IMG/VR virus record: IMGVR_UViG_3300021124_000001
Reading direction: 5' to 3' (one strand)
DNA: 64,000 bases
DNA from: a virus
Taxonomy: Duplodnaviria; Caudoviricetes
Every line of letters starts with the position of its first letter. The stretch's first letter is position 1. The position numbers were made by a program, and so were the translations under genes. Under the pieces are notes generated by a model. That model searched no databases, was not told the DNA's origin, and saw only the letters and a program-made list of their open reading frames with translations. Below are positions 10,668 through 19,922 of the stretch, piece by piece.

Positions 10668-10978
10668 AATAGAGAAAAAAAGAGTTTGACCATGGACGAA
10701 CTTTTTCTAACACATTTTGCCGTAGAACGCCGGCACCGCCACCATACTGTCATCCAAGGACCTGCCCCTGACAGGCCCCTGGTAACCTGTTATCCTTCCC
10801 TACCCCTCACTCCAACCACATGGCGCTCCATTAATAACTCGACCAGTGCCCCCGAATCACTGTGCCCAAGTAACTCCAAAACCATTGTATTCCATGCCAT
10901 GCCCATATTATGCTCCTAATACTATTATATCCAAAATGAGAGTGGCCAACCCAATGGCCACCAATAAGAGGGAAACCC

Positions 10979-11218
10979 TCATGCCATCTCCTTCCGTAAT
11001 TGGATCTCTATCTCCTTGCTGGCGGTGGTACGGTTCATATACTCCAGTGCCTCTTGGCGCTTTGCTTTAGGCAATTGGTCTACTATGCTTGCCAAGTGGG
11101 AACCGAGATAACCTGCCAAGAACATGTAAGCCTCGGCAGTGGTATAGCCCTTGGTAACTTGCAATTCCACGATGGAGTTGGTGAATTGGTTAATGACGGA
11201 GCGGGAATCTACTGACAT
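10979..11218 (-). CDS. Early hypothetical protein
   Basis: AAGGA SD, dedicated promoter at 11251-11278. Confidence 0.7.
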   Translation of the reverse strand: MSVDSRSVINQFTNSIVELQVTKGYTTAEAYMFLAGYLGSHLASIVDQLPKAKRQEALEYMNRTTASKEIEIQLRKEMA

Positions 11219-11362
11219 TTTCTTTCCTTTGTTTTGTTTAAGATGGCTCTATTATACCACTTCCACGGAGAACCACAAGGATTATTTGGAATACTTGACC
11301 GGAGTGGAGTGTTATTGGAGGGCCCTTGACGGGACCTCCATGGAGTGCTATAATGGATGGCT

Positions 11363-11608
11363 TCAGTCGGCCTCCTGCTCCTCTGGCTCCATCTGGTCCT
11401 CGGTATAGTCTTCCACGTATATGTCAGAATCCACCAGGCAATCACAATATTGGATAAAATCCTCACGGTATGCCACTGGATCTAATTCACGGAGTACCGT
11501 TGATGGCATAAAGGACAGGTACCCGACCTTTACCATGGGATTGGTATCATCCAGCATTTCCTCGAAAAGTTGGATGGCATCATATTCGGAGATCAATTGT
11601 GGGCGCAT
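11363..11608 (-). CDS. Acidic early protein (81 aa)
   Basis: TAAGGAACTACAATG start; ..PS.VLRELDPVAYR motif, very acidic. Confidence 0.75.
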   Translation of the reverse strand: MRPQLISEYDAIQLFEEMLDDTNPMVKVGYLSFMPSTVLRELDPVAYREDFIQYCDCLVDSDIYVEDYTEDQMEPEEQEAD

Positions 11609-11617
11609 TGTAGTTCC

Positions 11618-11728
11618 TTATTTGGTTGCGAATTGAGCCAGAGCGAGACCCATTTGGATGCCTGATATCCAGGTTATGAGGAATACCAGGTTGTCAGTAT
11701 TGGAGAAAAAGTTACGGATTTTGTTCAT
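11618..11728 (-). CDS. 36-aa membrane peptide
   Basis: Same TAAGGAACTACAATG start context; hydrophobic core. Confidence 0.6.
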   Translation of the reverse strand: MNKIRNFFSNTDNLVFLITWISGIQMGLALAQFATK

Positions 11729-11737
11729 TGTAGTTCC

Positions 11738-11836
11738 TTAGGGTTTCATTTGGAAGAGGATGTAAAAGAAAACTGGACCACCGAATAGGAGTGCCAGGAC
11801 GGTTGCTTGGATTAGGTCTTTAATTTGTTTCATCAT
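11738..11836 (-). CDS. 32-aa membrane peptide, probably leaderless
   Basis: MMKQIKDLIQATVLALLFGGPVFFYILFQMKP; ATG 6 nt after TACAAT. Confidence 0.6.
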   Translation of the reverse strand: MMKQIKDLIQATVLALLFGGPVFFYILFQMKP

Positions 11837-11895
11837 GGATGGATTGTAACCGAAGTGGATGGATTTTGCAAGCGATACTTGACCGGATTGTAGTG

Positions 11896-12057
11896 TTATT
11901 CGCCTATGATAACCAGGTCATCCGACCACACGTGGATGTCATCCGCTTCCACAGCCGCCTGGTACTCTTGGTTCATTGCCATTTCCACCAAGGCATTCTG
12001 GTTAGGAAGGGCCTGGAGGATGGCTATCAATTGTGCTACAGTCAGTTGGTTTTGCAT
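11896..12057 (-). CDS. Early hypothetical protein (MQNQLTVAQLIAILQALP...)
   Basis: AAGGA SD; promoter at 12089-12116; TV.QL...L..LP motif. Confidence 0.7.
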   Translation of the reverse strand: MQNQLTVAQLIAILQALPNQNALVEMAMNQEYQAAVEADDIHVWSDDLVIIGE

Positions 12058-12149
12058 TTTCTGTTCCTTTGTTGCTTGGTATGGCTCTATTATACCACGA
12101 CCAAGGAGAACCACAACCAATACTTGACCATTCCATGTGCCTATTGCAG

Positions 12150-12237
12150 ACACTACCTGGCCACCTGATTTCCGTGGAACATGCAAAAACCTCGAGGTTT
12201 TGACTGGTTTCCTGGAAATCAGGTGGCCAGGTAGTGT
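12150..12237. repeat. 88-bp interrupted palindrome
   Basis: Perfect 24-bp arms ACACTACCTGGCCACCTGATTTCC / GGAAATCAGGTGGCCAGGTAGTGT with concentric 16-bp core AAAACCTCGAGGTTTT. Confidence 0.95.
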
Positions 12238-12810
12238 GTCGTTTCCTTGCAACACCACGAGGCCTTGACAATCCCACTGGTTCTGGTATAATTGGTACCA
12301 GATTCGAAGCCAAGCGGGATGCACGTGGAGGCTGCCTGTATGGTTTCTGGAGTGCCGACACCTTACTGGAATTATAGCATAAAAACTAGGAACCTGTCAA
12401 CCGTGAACTTTTTTCTTACGTGGGGCATTGTGAGAACCTTTCGGTACCTTGTGGTATCCTCTGGAAGTGGTATAATGGCACCATGATTCGAAGCAAAGGC
12501 GGGGTGGACGTGGAGTGTGGTCGTATGGTTACTGGAAACTTTTGAGAACCTTTGTGTTCCAAGTGTTTTGAATACCAAACGGTACCTTGCGGAATCTCGG
12601 AAACCGTGCTATAATGCCAGGATTTTCGCCGGACAATCGCACCTAAACGCTAACATGTTAGTGGACACTCACAAAAGCGACAGGTGTTGCGCGGATACAA
12701 CAAAATGTAAAAATATGCGTGGAAATTGTAAAAAACCCTTGACATACCATTCCGGTCAACCATTCCACATTGTCCTTGCATAGTGGAACTGGATCGGTTA
12801 TAATGGCACC

Positions 12811-13809
12811 ATGCAATCAATGAATGGATCCTCTATGAATACCAAAGACTTAATGGCTCAATTAGAATCCCTTAATAAGGAAATATCCAAAATGGAATAT
12901 GCCGAGGCAGTTAATGCTAATAAGGGTCGCTATAAAATGTCCAATGATATTAAAGCATTGGATAATCTGGAAGTGGATGCCATTCAAAATCAAAAATATA
13001 TCGACCGGATTATCTCGGTTAATGCTATGATTGATTATCGTTCTAATGGTGGTAATATCACTAAATGTAGAACGGTTACTAGTAAGAGAATGAAACGTTT
13101 ATATGGAGTATAATATGATTAAAATGGTTAAACTGGTTAATGGTGTCGAAACTGAATTGGTATTATCCCATACTGATTTGGATGTGATTATGTCGGCATT
13201 GAATGTATATGAAAATTACATAATGGATAATGAGCCATTATTCGGAGAAGATGAAAATGGCGATAAAACAGAGGATTATGATATATGGTCCGAAGAAAAT
13301 GGTAATTATGAGAGTTTTGATAATCGGTTCACGCAGTTTTTGAATCAATAAGGAGATAATATGAATAAAATTCTATTCAATAAGAAAATGGTATTATATT
13401 CGAATCATTATAAAAATGTTTCTGAAGTATATCTTGTGCCATTTACATTATCGGCTGAATATCAGCATTTTCATTTACACGAACCAAATATCAATTTAAC
13501 TGGTATTGAGTTAACCGCCAAAGTAGATATTCAAAATCGTATTCGTGACGTATTATCTAAAATGAATATGGTTTTATTGAATATCTCATTTACTTCAAAC
13601 ACATTAACTATAGGAATTGAATAATGATCGGAATAACCACTTATAATGAAGCATTGAATATCATTAATCAATATGGTATCGATAATAACTGTGATTCTCT
13701 TATTGAGGCCATTTCTATGATGGAAGATAATCAATATGATTTGTCGAGGTTTCAATTAATGTGCATGAATATTGTATTAGGTGAAATGGAGGCATATTAT
13801 GGTACATAA
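12811..13809 (+). CDS. Four early hypothetical ORFs (12811-13113, 13103-13351, 13361-13624, 13624-13809)
   Basis: Coupled AT-rich ORFs downstream of the promoter at 12776-12804. Confidence 0.65.
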
Positions 13810-13828
13810 TGAGGTAAATATTTAATAA

Positions 13829-13859
13829 TAACCCGCATGGATTATCCCAGCGGGTTTTT
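13829..13859 (+). terminator. Rho-independent terminator
   Basis: AACCCGC...GCGGGTT followed by T-tract. Confidence 0.7.
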
Positions 13860-13976
13860 GAGGTGAAAAGGTACTATAATGAAATATATGTTAATCACAA
13901 GTAAAGGTAAAGTTTTTACATTTTACATTAAAGATTTGGCATTATCTTATTATTATGCTTATGGTGGTGTTCTAAG

Positions 13977-14038
13977 TGTTGTTTCCATGCAACATGACGA
14001 TAAAAAACCGTTGACAATTTCCAGGATTCCTGTATAAT
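13977..14038 (+). promoter_or_regulatory. Palindromic box plus sigma70-type promoter
   Basis: TGTTG-N8-CAACA 13977-13994, TTGACA 14011-14016, TATAAT 14033-14038. Confidence 0.87.
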
Positions 14039-14094
14039 AACCACATTGATTCAGTAATTCAGCACTTTGATTGTAATTTTTAAAGGAATATATT

Positions 14095-14844
14095 ATGCAC
14101 TTATTATCTACTGGTAATCCCAAGACATTAAAAGGTCAATCACAAGGTTATATGACGTATATTCTGCATTTAGCACCATATACATTATCCGGTAAAAATA
14201 CGTGCCCAAAAGCAACCGCCGGTTGTATTATGTCCTGCCTTAATACTGCTGGTCGAGGTGGTATGTTCAAAAAAGGTGAAAATACTAATATTATCCAGCA
14301 AGCTCGTATTCGTAAAACACAATTATTTTATAATAATCGTAACGAGTTTTTCAAATTATTGTTCAGAGATATTACTTTGGCAATTAAACAATCAGCTAAA
14401 CTCGGATTAACTCCTGTTTTCCGTTTAAATGGTACATCTGATTTATCGTGGGAGAAATATGGTTTCACAATTAATGGTTACTATTATGAGAATATCTTTA
14501 ATGCTTTCCCTAATGTAACCTTTTATGATTATACTAAGGTATTAGGTCGTAAAGTATCGAATATCCCCAATTATTCGTTGACATTTTCTGCCGCTGATGG
14601 TAATGATGGTGACGTATTATTGGCAATTCAACAAGGTTATAATATTGCCACTGTATTTGGTATTAAGAAAACTAGCCCAATGCCTGAAACATATAATGGT
14701 TTGCCTGTATTTAACGGTGACGAGTCCGATTTGCGTTTTCTTGATCCAAAAGGTGTTATCGTTGGATTATATGCAAAAGGTAAAGCCAAGAAAGATAATA
14801 GTGGTTTTGTTAAGTATCCAACGATTATGATGCAACCGGCATAA
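14095..14844 (+). CDS. GP88-like Cys-motif protein (radical-SAM-like fold)
   Basis: CPKATAGCIMSCL, RLNGTSD, FYDYTK, GDESDLRF. Confidence 0.75.
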   Translation: MHLLSTGNPKTLKGQSQGYMTYILHLAPYTLSGKNTCPKATAGCIMSCLNTAGRGGMFKKGENTNIIQQARIRKTQLFYNNRNEFFKLLFRDITLAIKQSAKLGLTPVFRLNGTSDLSWEKYGFTINGYYYENIFNAFPNVTFYDYTKVLGRKVSNIPNYSLTFSAADGNDGDVLLAIQQGYNIATVFGIKKTSPMPETYNGLPVFNGDESDLRFLDPKGVIVGLYAKGKAKKDNSGFVKYPTIMMQPA

Positions 14845-14919
14845 TCCAGCATTACTGATGAGGATTTAATATCCGAAACCGATGTGAATCGGTCTAATGC
14901 AACATATAGAGGTAACAAA

Positions 14920-15328
14920 ATGCGAGATAAAATGATTGAGGCATTGGTCGATAATGATTTTAATTCTATTATGAGTGGTGATGCAACTGAATTGCTGAAT
15001 TCATATTTGGAATTTGGCCATCGTGGTTACCGTGATTATTCCACTTTGGAGTTAATCAGAGAATGTAATGAACGTGAAATTTATTTGGATATTTTGGAGG
15101 CTTAATATGAAACGCAAGTTGCCATTTGATTGTTTGATTATGGATTCTGAACCTGTCGAGGTAAGAAACCCATTTTCGGGCCAATCATGTAAATTAGAAC
15201 CAGATGCCGTTGCGGTATATGACTCTATTATGGGAGGTAATATGACCGGTAACTATAAAATCGTCCAAAAGGGCTGTGATTGGTTTCGTAAGTATTTTCC
15301 TGAAGAATATATGATTTTATTGGATTGA
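14920..15328 (+). CDS. Two small hypothetical ORFs (14920-15105, 15107-15328)
   Basis: GAGG/GGAGG SDs. Confidence 0.65.
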
Positions 15329-15376
15329 TTATGTTCAAACTCAAAGAATATGAATATGAGATTGTGGAAGAAGATG

Positions 15377-15438
15377 TGTTGTAAAAAAACAACATAACCA
15401 AGGATATTTGTTGACAATCCTTGGATTCCGTGTATAAT
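15377..15438 (+). promoter_or_regulatory. Palindromic box plus sigma70-type promoter
   Basis: Box 15377-15394, TTGACA 15411-15416, TATAAT 15433-15438. Confidence 0.87.
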
Positions 15439-15465
15439 TGTATTTTTTATTGATGAGGTAATGTG

Positions 15466-15999
15466 ATGTCTAATGTATTCAATACTGGTGTTAATCCAGT
15501 CCATTCTGGTATTTACGTGGTCGACCGCGGTGAGAAACTAGGTACACCGTTGCGTTGGTTCGATGCCGACACTGGTGAATGGTCTCGTTGTGAATATACA
15601 ATGGAAGATGTTATTAATGCCAAGGGTAAACCATCGGCACTTGGATTCTTGCCCTGGCGCGGTCCTGTCAAGGTAGCAAAACCAAAACCAGCCGCTGAGG
15701 TTGCATTGGTTAATGATGTACACGTTACAAATACCAATAACCCAGTCGATTTTCCCAAGACTAAAGCCAAACCAGTCAAGGTTGCTAAAGTAAAAGCACC
15801 AAAAGCTGTTAAGGTAGCAAAATCAACTGGTACTAAAGCCACACACCCTGACGGTACTATTATCTTCCGTGCAGACCGTAACAAATACATGGCATGGTTT
15901 GGCGGTAAGCCAGTTGCGGCGCGACCAACTATCGAATCGGCTAAGAATTTTCTAATTAAGAAAGGTATTACTGCCGAAAATATCAATGTAATTGCATAA
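15466..15999 (+). CDS. Protein with K/A/V/P-rich, histone-H1-like linker
   Basis: KAKPVKVAKVKAPKAVKVAK repeats between two small domains. Confidence 0.75.
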   Translation: MSNVFNTGVNPVHSGIYVVDRGEKLGTPLRWFDADTGEWSRCEYTMEDVINAKGKPSALGFLPWRGPVKVAKPKPAAEVALVNDVHVTNTNNPVDFPKTKAKPVKVAKVKAPKAVKVAKSTGTKATHPDGTIIFRADRNKYMAWFGGKPVAARPTIESAKNFLIKKGITAENINVIA

Positions 16000-16063
16000 A
16001 TAGGTGTGGGTCACCACCCACCACAGGTGCACCCACTCTAATATCTATTACGGAGATACCAGC

Positions 16064-16501
16064 ATGAAATATGTATATATTACGGCCGAGTTTAATAAAA
16101 AAATGTGTGAGATTTTTGAAGTTGATTATACGCCGACAGATACAACAAGATTTTTACTAAACAAAACCGAATCCATAATGCCTGTTAACATTGGTATTGA
16201 TATTGGTGTATTTGGTAAAGACCCATGGAACAAAGGTAAAAATACTGGACCATTATCAGAATCACACAGAAAATCATTATCATTGGCGGCAAAAAATTAT
16301 AAGAGAACACCAGAGCATCAAGAAAATAATAGAATCGCAAGGTCAGATTCTTGGTCAGTAACTAATCCAAAAGGTGAAACATTTACTATAAAAAGTATGA
16401 ATCATTTTTGTAAATGTAATCAATTAAATGCAGGACATATGACCTTGGTATCTCAAGGTAAAAGAAAACAACATAAAGGATGGACTTGTTCCAAAATATA
16501 A
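16064..16501 (+). CDS. Homing-endonuclease-like DNA-binding protein (NUMOD3 plus C-terminal HTH-like), no nuclease motif
   Basis: PWNKGK, SESHRK.LS, GKRKQHKGW; conserved hairpin leader at 15995-16063. Confidence 0.8.
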   Translation: MKYVYITAEFNKKMCEIFEVDYTPTDTTRFLLNKTESIMPVNIGIDIGVFGKDPWNKGKNTGPLSESHRKSLSLAAKNYKRTPEHQENNRIARSDSWSVTNPKGETFTIKSMNHFCKCNQLNAGHMTLVSQGKRKQHKGWTCSKI

Positions 16502-16698
16502 TGAACGAACGAATTAAAGAACTTGCTAAACAAGCAACTGTTCATGGCGATACTGAGCATCACCTGGACATACCGTTATGGTACTTGGAGCAGTTCGCCA
16601 AGTTGATTGTGAAAGAATGTACCAATATTGTGTTACACTATACTGATGTTGATGAAGGTGTAGCAGTGGCCAAGAAACATTTCGGAGTTGAAGAATGA
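16501..16698 (+). CDS. MNERI/KFAELIV/HFGVEE family member
   Basis: All three constant blocks present. Confidence 0.8.
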   Translation: MNERIKELAKQATVHGDTEHHLDIPLWYLEQFAKLIVKECTNIVLHYTDVDEGVAVAKKHFGVEE

Positions 16699-16988
16699 AA
16701 ACATCAGATATTAAAAAAGGTATGCGTGTCCGTCTTGCCAATGGTTGGTACGGTACTATGATGGATAATATGCGAGGTACTACCCGGCTTGTAGAGGTAG
16801 AAGGCCATTACACTGAAACCGGGTCGGTATATTCACATGATATTATTGTGGCTCAAACACCTACAGGCTGGGAAGCCGTTGTGCATACTGCAAAAGAATT
16901 GCAGTGCAAAGAAATGAATGAAGCGTTTTTTGGTGGTGGTGAAGAAGACCTACCATTTAAAAATGGTCTAGAATATATGTCAAACTAA
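16695..16988 (+). CDS. Hypothetical protein
   Basis: ATGA-coupled to the HFGVEE junction. Confidence 0.7.
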   Translation: MKTSDIKKGMRVRLANGWYGTMMDNMRGTTRLVEVEGHYTETGSVYSHDIIVAQTPTGWEAVVHTAKELQCKEMNEAFFGGGEEDLPFKNGLEYMSN

Positions 16989-17010
16989 GTATTGAATAAA
17001 GGAATATATT

Positions 17011-17553
17011 ATGCCAAACTGGTGCTCTAATGTTGTGGTTATCTCTCACGTTGAACCATCCAAACTGGATGTTATTCGTGATGCTGTTAAGGTAGCGGCC
17101 GAAGCCTCTACTGGTGAACATTTTTTCAATACTCTGGTGCCACGACCAGTAAATGAAGAAGAAAATTGGTATGAATGGAACGTGACCAATTGGGGTTGTA
17201 AATGGGATGTAGAGCCACAAATTACCGAAGATACTGGTGATTCTATTACTTTGACCTTTGATACCGCATGGGCACCACCAATTCAATTCTATAATGAGAT
17301 GGTCGAGCGTGATTATGAGGTTCGGGCATTCTATGATGAATCTGGTATGGCATTCGCTGGCATTTATGATAATGGCAATGACGATGATTATGAATATGGC
17401 AGTATGGACTCCAGTGAGATTGTAGATAATCTACCTCAAGAATTGGATGAAATGTTTGCTATCTCTGAGCAAAAGGCCGATTGGGAATCTGAAAACGAAG
17501 AACCTGATGTGGATGAAGCACAGGAATGGAACGATTTTGATCCAGAGTGTTGA
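17011..17553 (+). CDS. Api92/YubB-like ferredoxin-fold protein
   Basis: MPNWC.N, NWGCKWD, FDTAWAPP. Confidence 0.8.
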   Translation: MPNWCSNVVVISHVEPSKLDVIRDAVKVAAEASTGEHFFNTLVPRPVNEEENWYEWNVTNWGCKWDVEPQITEDTGDSITLTFDTAWAPPIQFYNEMVERDYEVRAFYDESGMAFAGIYDNGNDDDYEYGSMDSSEIVDNLPQELDEMFAISEQKADWESENEEPDVDEAQEWNDFDPEC

Positions 17554-17563
17554 AAGGAAATAA

Positions 17564-18142
17564 ATGTTTGTCTTTGATGTTGAAACACTTGGTAAGGAAT
17601 CTAGTGCAGTGATATTATCCATGGCGGCCGTATACTTTGACCCGAGGGAAAAACCATCACCAAAAGATATGCGAGACACCGCATTTTTTGCCAAATTCAA
17701 TGTCAATGACCAAATTGCAAGGCTTGGTCGCACCATGACCAGGTCATCCATATCATGGTGGGGTAAACAATGTGACATTGTAAAAAACAAATCATTTAAA
17801 CCAAGCGCCGATGATATTATCATTGATGATGGTGTAGAAGCCATGAGACAATGGTCAAAACAATTTCCAATGCACGACAAATGTTGGGTGTGGGCACGTG
17901 GCAACCTCGACCAATTGGTGCTTGATTCGATTGAAGAAAAACTAGGCATTGAACCTGTGTTTTTCTTTAATCGTTGGCGTGATGTGCGTACCGCATTGGA
18001 CCTATTGAATGGGTCTGTGACTGGTTATGTGGATGTGGATTATCCTGGTTTCAATCCTGCACATCATATACAAAAACATGACCCAATTGATGATTGCATT
18101 TTTGACGCCATGCAGTTACTATACGGAAAGAATGTAGAATGA
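17564..18142 (+). CDS. dexA: 3'-5' exonuclease (DEDDh, T4 DexA-like)
   Basis: FDVETLG, WARG..D, RDVRT, HDPIDDC..D. Confidence 0.85.
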   Translation: MFVFDVETLGKESSAVILSMAAVYFDPREKPSPKDMRDTAFFAKFNVNDQIARLGRTMTRSSISWWGKQCDIVKNKSFKPSADDIIIDDGVEAMRQWSKQFPMHDKCWVWARGNLDQLVLDSIEEKLGIEPVFFFNRWRDVRTALDLLNGSVTGYVDVDYPGFNPAHHIQKHDPIDDCIFDAMQLLYGKNVE

Positions 18143-18360
18143 ACGAACGAATTGAACAAATTATTGAACAGGCATATTGCGATTTACATAAACAGGATCC
18201 AAATAGATTTTTTGGTGAAAGAACTATTGCTAAAAAAGTAGCCGAGTTGATTGTCCAAGATTGTGCCAATTTTGTGCGTGAAACATATGACCACGAGGCG
18301 GCAGAATCTATCGCATGGACAATGGAGATTAATTATGGTTTACACGGAGATTATGCATGA
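18139..18360 (+). CDS. MNERI/KFAELIV family member (diverged)
   Basis: MNERIEQ, KVAELIVQDC. Confidence 0.75.
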   Translation: MNERIEQIIEQAYCDLHKQDPNRFFGERTIAKKVAELIVQDCANFVRETYDHEAAESIAWTMEINYGLHGDYA

Positions 18361-18519
18361 AAACAATTTTTGATAAAGAGTATGATTCGGAATCATTGTG
18401 TGATTTGAGCCGAGATGTCCATGAGGCATTCAACAATGATTTTAATCCAACAGTAGCCGACATACCAAAAGACGAGTATGGCTTCCATGAAGGCCGGTTC
18501 ATTGTCACAATAAAATGGG

Positions 18520-18581
18520 TGTTGTAAATTAACAACAAGCATACCAAAAGTCCTTGACGGACCGTCCAGATGTGCTATAAT
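18520..18581 (+). promoter_or_regulatory. Palindromic box plus sigma70-type promoter
   Basis: Box 18520-18537, TTGACG 18554-18559, TATAAT 18576-18581. Confidence 0.85.
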
Positions 18582-18609
18582 TGCCACTTATTCGATTGAT
18601 TAGGACACT

Positions 18610-18858
18610 ATGAGAACCAAGCAAATTGTTCAAGGGCTTAAAAATAGCCAGCGTATACGTGCCATTGTGAATGGTGTTGGATTTTATACAACCGTACAAG
18701 ATGCCCTGGCTGGTCCATTTACTACGCAAACCTCGGCAGTTAATGTTGTATTGCATGAGATTGGTTCAAATAAATTAACTGGTTTTGGTCGAACCGTTAA
18801 AGTTTATAATAGCTATATGGAAGCTGTTAATTTCAACATTCAAATTGATTTGGTTTAA
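18610..18858 (+). CDS. Hypothetical protein
   Basis: AGGA SD following the promoter. Confidence 0.7.
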   Translation: MRTKQIVQGLKNSQRIRAIVNGVGFYTTVQDALAGPFTTQTSAVNVVLHEIGSNKLTGFGRTVKVYNSYMEAVNFNIQIDLV

Positions 18859-18868
18859 GGAGATAATC

Positions 18869-19321
18869 ATGGGTTTAGATATGTACTTGTCGGCACGTAA
18901 ATATGTTTCTGATTTTGGTTTTAAACCAGAAGATACTAAACTAAATGCATCGATTAAAGAATCATTGGGTTTTGGTCCTAATGAATTTGGCCACATTTAT
19001 GTTGAATTAGAAGTGGCATATTGGCGTAAAGCAAACCAGATTCACGCATGGTTTGTGAATAATGTCCAAGATGGTGAAGACGATTGTGGAAATTATTATG
19101 TTTCCCGCGAACAAATTAGTGAATTGGTTAATCTGTGTTCGGAAGCCATTGATAATAAAGACTCCGAATTATTGGAACCAAAAAGTGGTTTCTTTTTTGG
19201 TTCGACCGATGTGGATGAATACTACTGGGACGAATTGAAACGCACCAAAATCGTCCTCAATCAAATTTTGAATGACAAACGACTGGAAGATTGTTCCTTC
19301 CAATATCATGCGTCCTGGTAA
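18869..19321 (+). CDS. Conserved phage protein (MGLDMYL...YWRKANQIH.WF)
   Basis: Recognisable motif family; AAGGAG SD. Confidence 0.8.
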   Translation: MGLDMYLSARKYVSDFGFKPEDTKLNASIKESLGFGPNEFGHIYVELEVAYWRKANQIHAWFVNNVQDGEDDCGNYYVSREQISELVNLCSEAIDNKDSELLEPKSGFFFGSTDVDEYYWDELKRTKIVLNQILNDKRLEDCSFQYHASW

Positions 19322-19416
19322 TGTTGCATAATAATGATTATAATATAAATAGGTGTGTATCGCGTCCTGGCAGGGACCATACACTCTAGCCATCGAAACA
19401 ATAATCAAGGACTATT

Positions 19417-19827
19417 ATGACCAGCACTAATATGTATATACCCCAGTCGGAATGGGATGCAATGTCCCAAGCATTATCTACCATATTCGATGTAGATTAT
19501 GTACCAAGTAACACCGAACCTTATATTGTAACCCCATTATATTCTAATAATTCTGGACATTTCAATCTAGGCATAAAAAGAACGGCCGAACAAAAAAAAG
19601 CTCAAAGTACTAGACAAATAGGAATGAGATATTCCCATTTACGCAATGAAAAAATTGGATTTGCAAATTCTAAAAATTGGTTAATCACTGATCCTATCGG
19701 TATCACATATAGAGTTTTTAATTTAAGGCAATTTTGTCGAGAAAAAAACTTAAATCAATCTAGTATGACTATGGTAGCCAAAGGCAAATTTAAACAACAC
19801 AAGGGTTGGACCTGTCAGAAAATTTGA
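19417..19827 (+). CDS. Homing-endonuclease-like DNA-binding protein, no nuclease motif
   Basis: NUMOD3-like repeats, NLRQFCRE..L, KGK.KQHKGW; leader at 19344-19416. Confidence 0.8.
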   Translation: MTSTNMYIPQSEWDAMSQALSTIFDVDYVPSNTEPYIVTPLYSNNSGHFNLGIKRTAEQKKAQSTRQIGMRYSHLRNEKIGFANSKNWLITDPIGITYRVFNLRQFCREKNLNQSSMTMVAKGKFKQHKGWTCQKI

Positions 19828-19828
19828 T

Positions 19829-19890
19829 TGTTGTTTTTAAGCAACACCGTCCCGGATTGTCCTTGACTTAGGTGCCGGCCGTGTTACAAT
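19829..19890 (+). promoter_or_regulatory. Palindromic box plus sigma70-type promoter
   Basis: Box 19829-19846, TTGACT 19863-19868, TACAAT 19885-19890. Confidence 0.85.
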
Positions 19891-19922
19891 GGACTCTTAC
19901 TTTGATTGATGAAGGAATTTAA

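Larger units (their letters stand above)
11251..12804. promoter_or_regulatory. Divergent cluster of about nine sigma70-type promoters
   Basis: Minus: 11251-11278, 11843-11871, 12089-12116, 12371-12400. Plus: 11326-11354, 12265-12292, 12449-12476, 12587-12615, 12776-12804. All are TTG..-N16/18-TA(T/C)AAT. Confidence 0.8.

Noticed and set aside
10560-10690. Phased A-tracts (bent DNA)
   Set aside because: Tract spacing is about 14-18 nt rather than about 10.5, and the tracts are largely explained by Lys/Phe codons.
10686-11070. Plus-strand ORFs 10686-10919 and 10846-11070
   Set aside because: The sequence is C-rich and atypical with no motifs, and 10846-11070 overlaps a better supported minus-strand gene. 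Probably mostly non-coding.
11839-12783. Long ORF-track calls across the promoter cluster
   Set aside because: They run through the palindrome and promoters without SD sites. Only 11896-12057 is supported.
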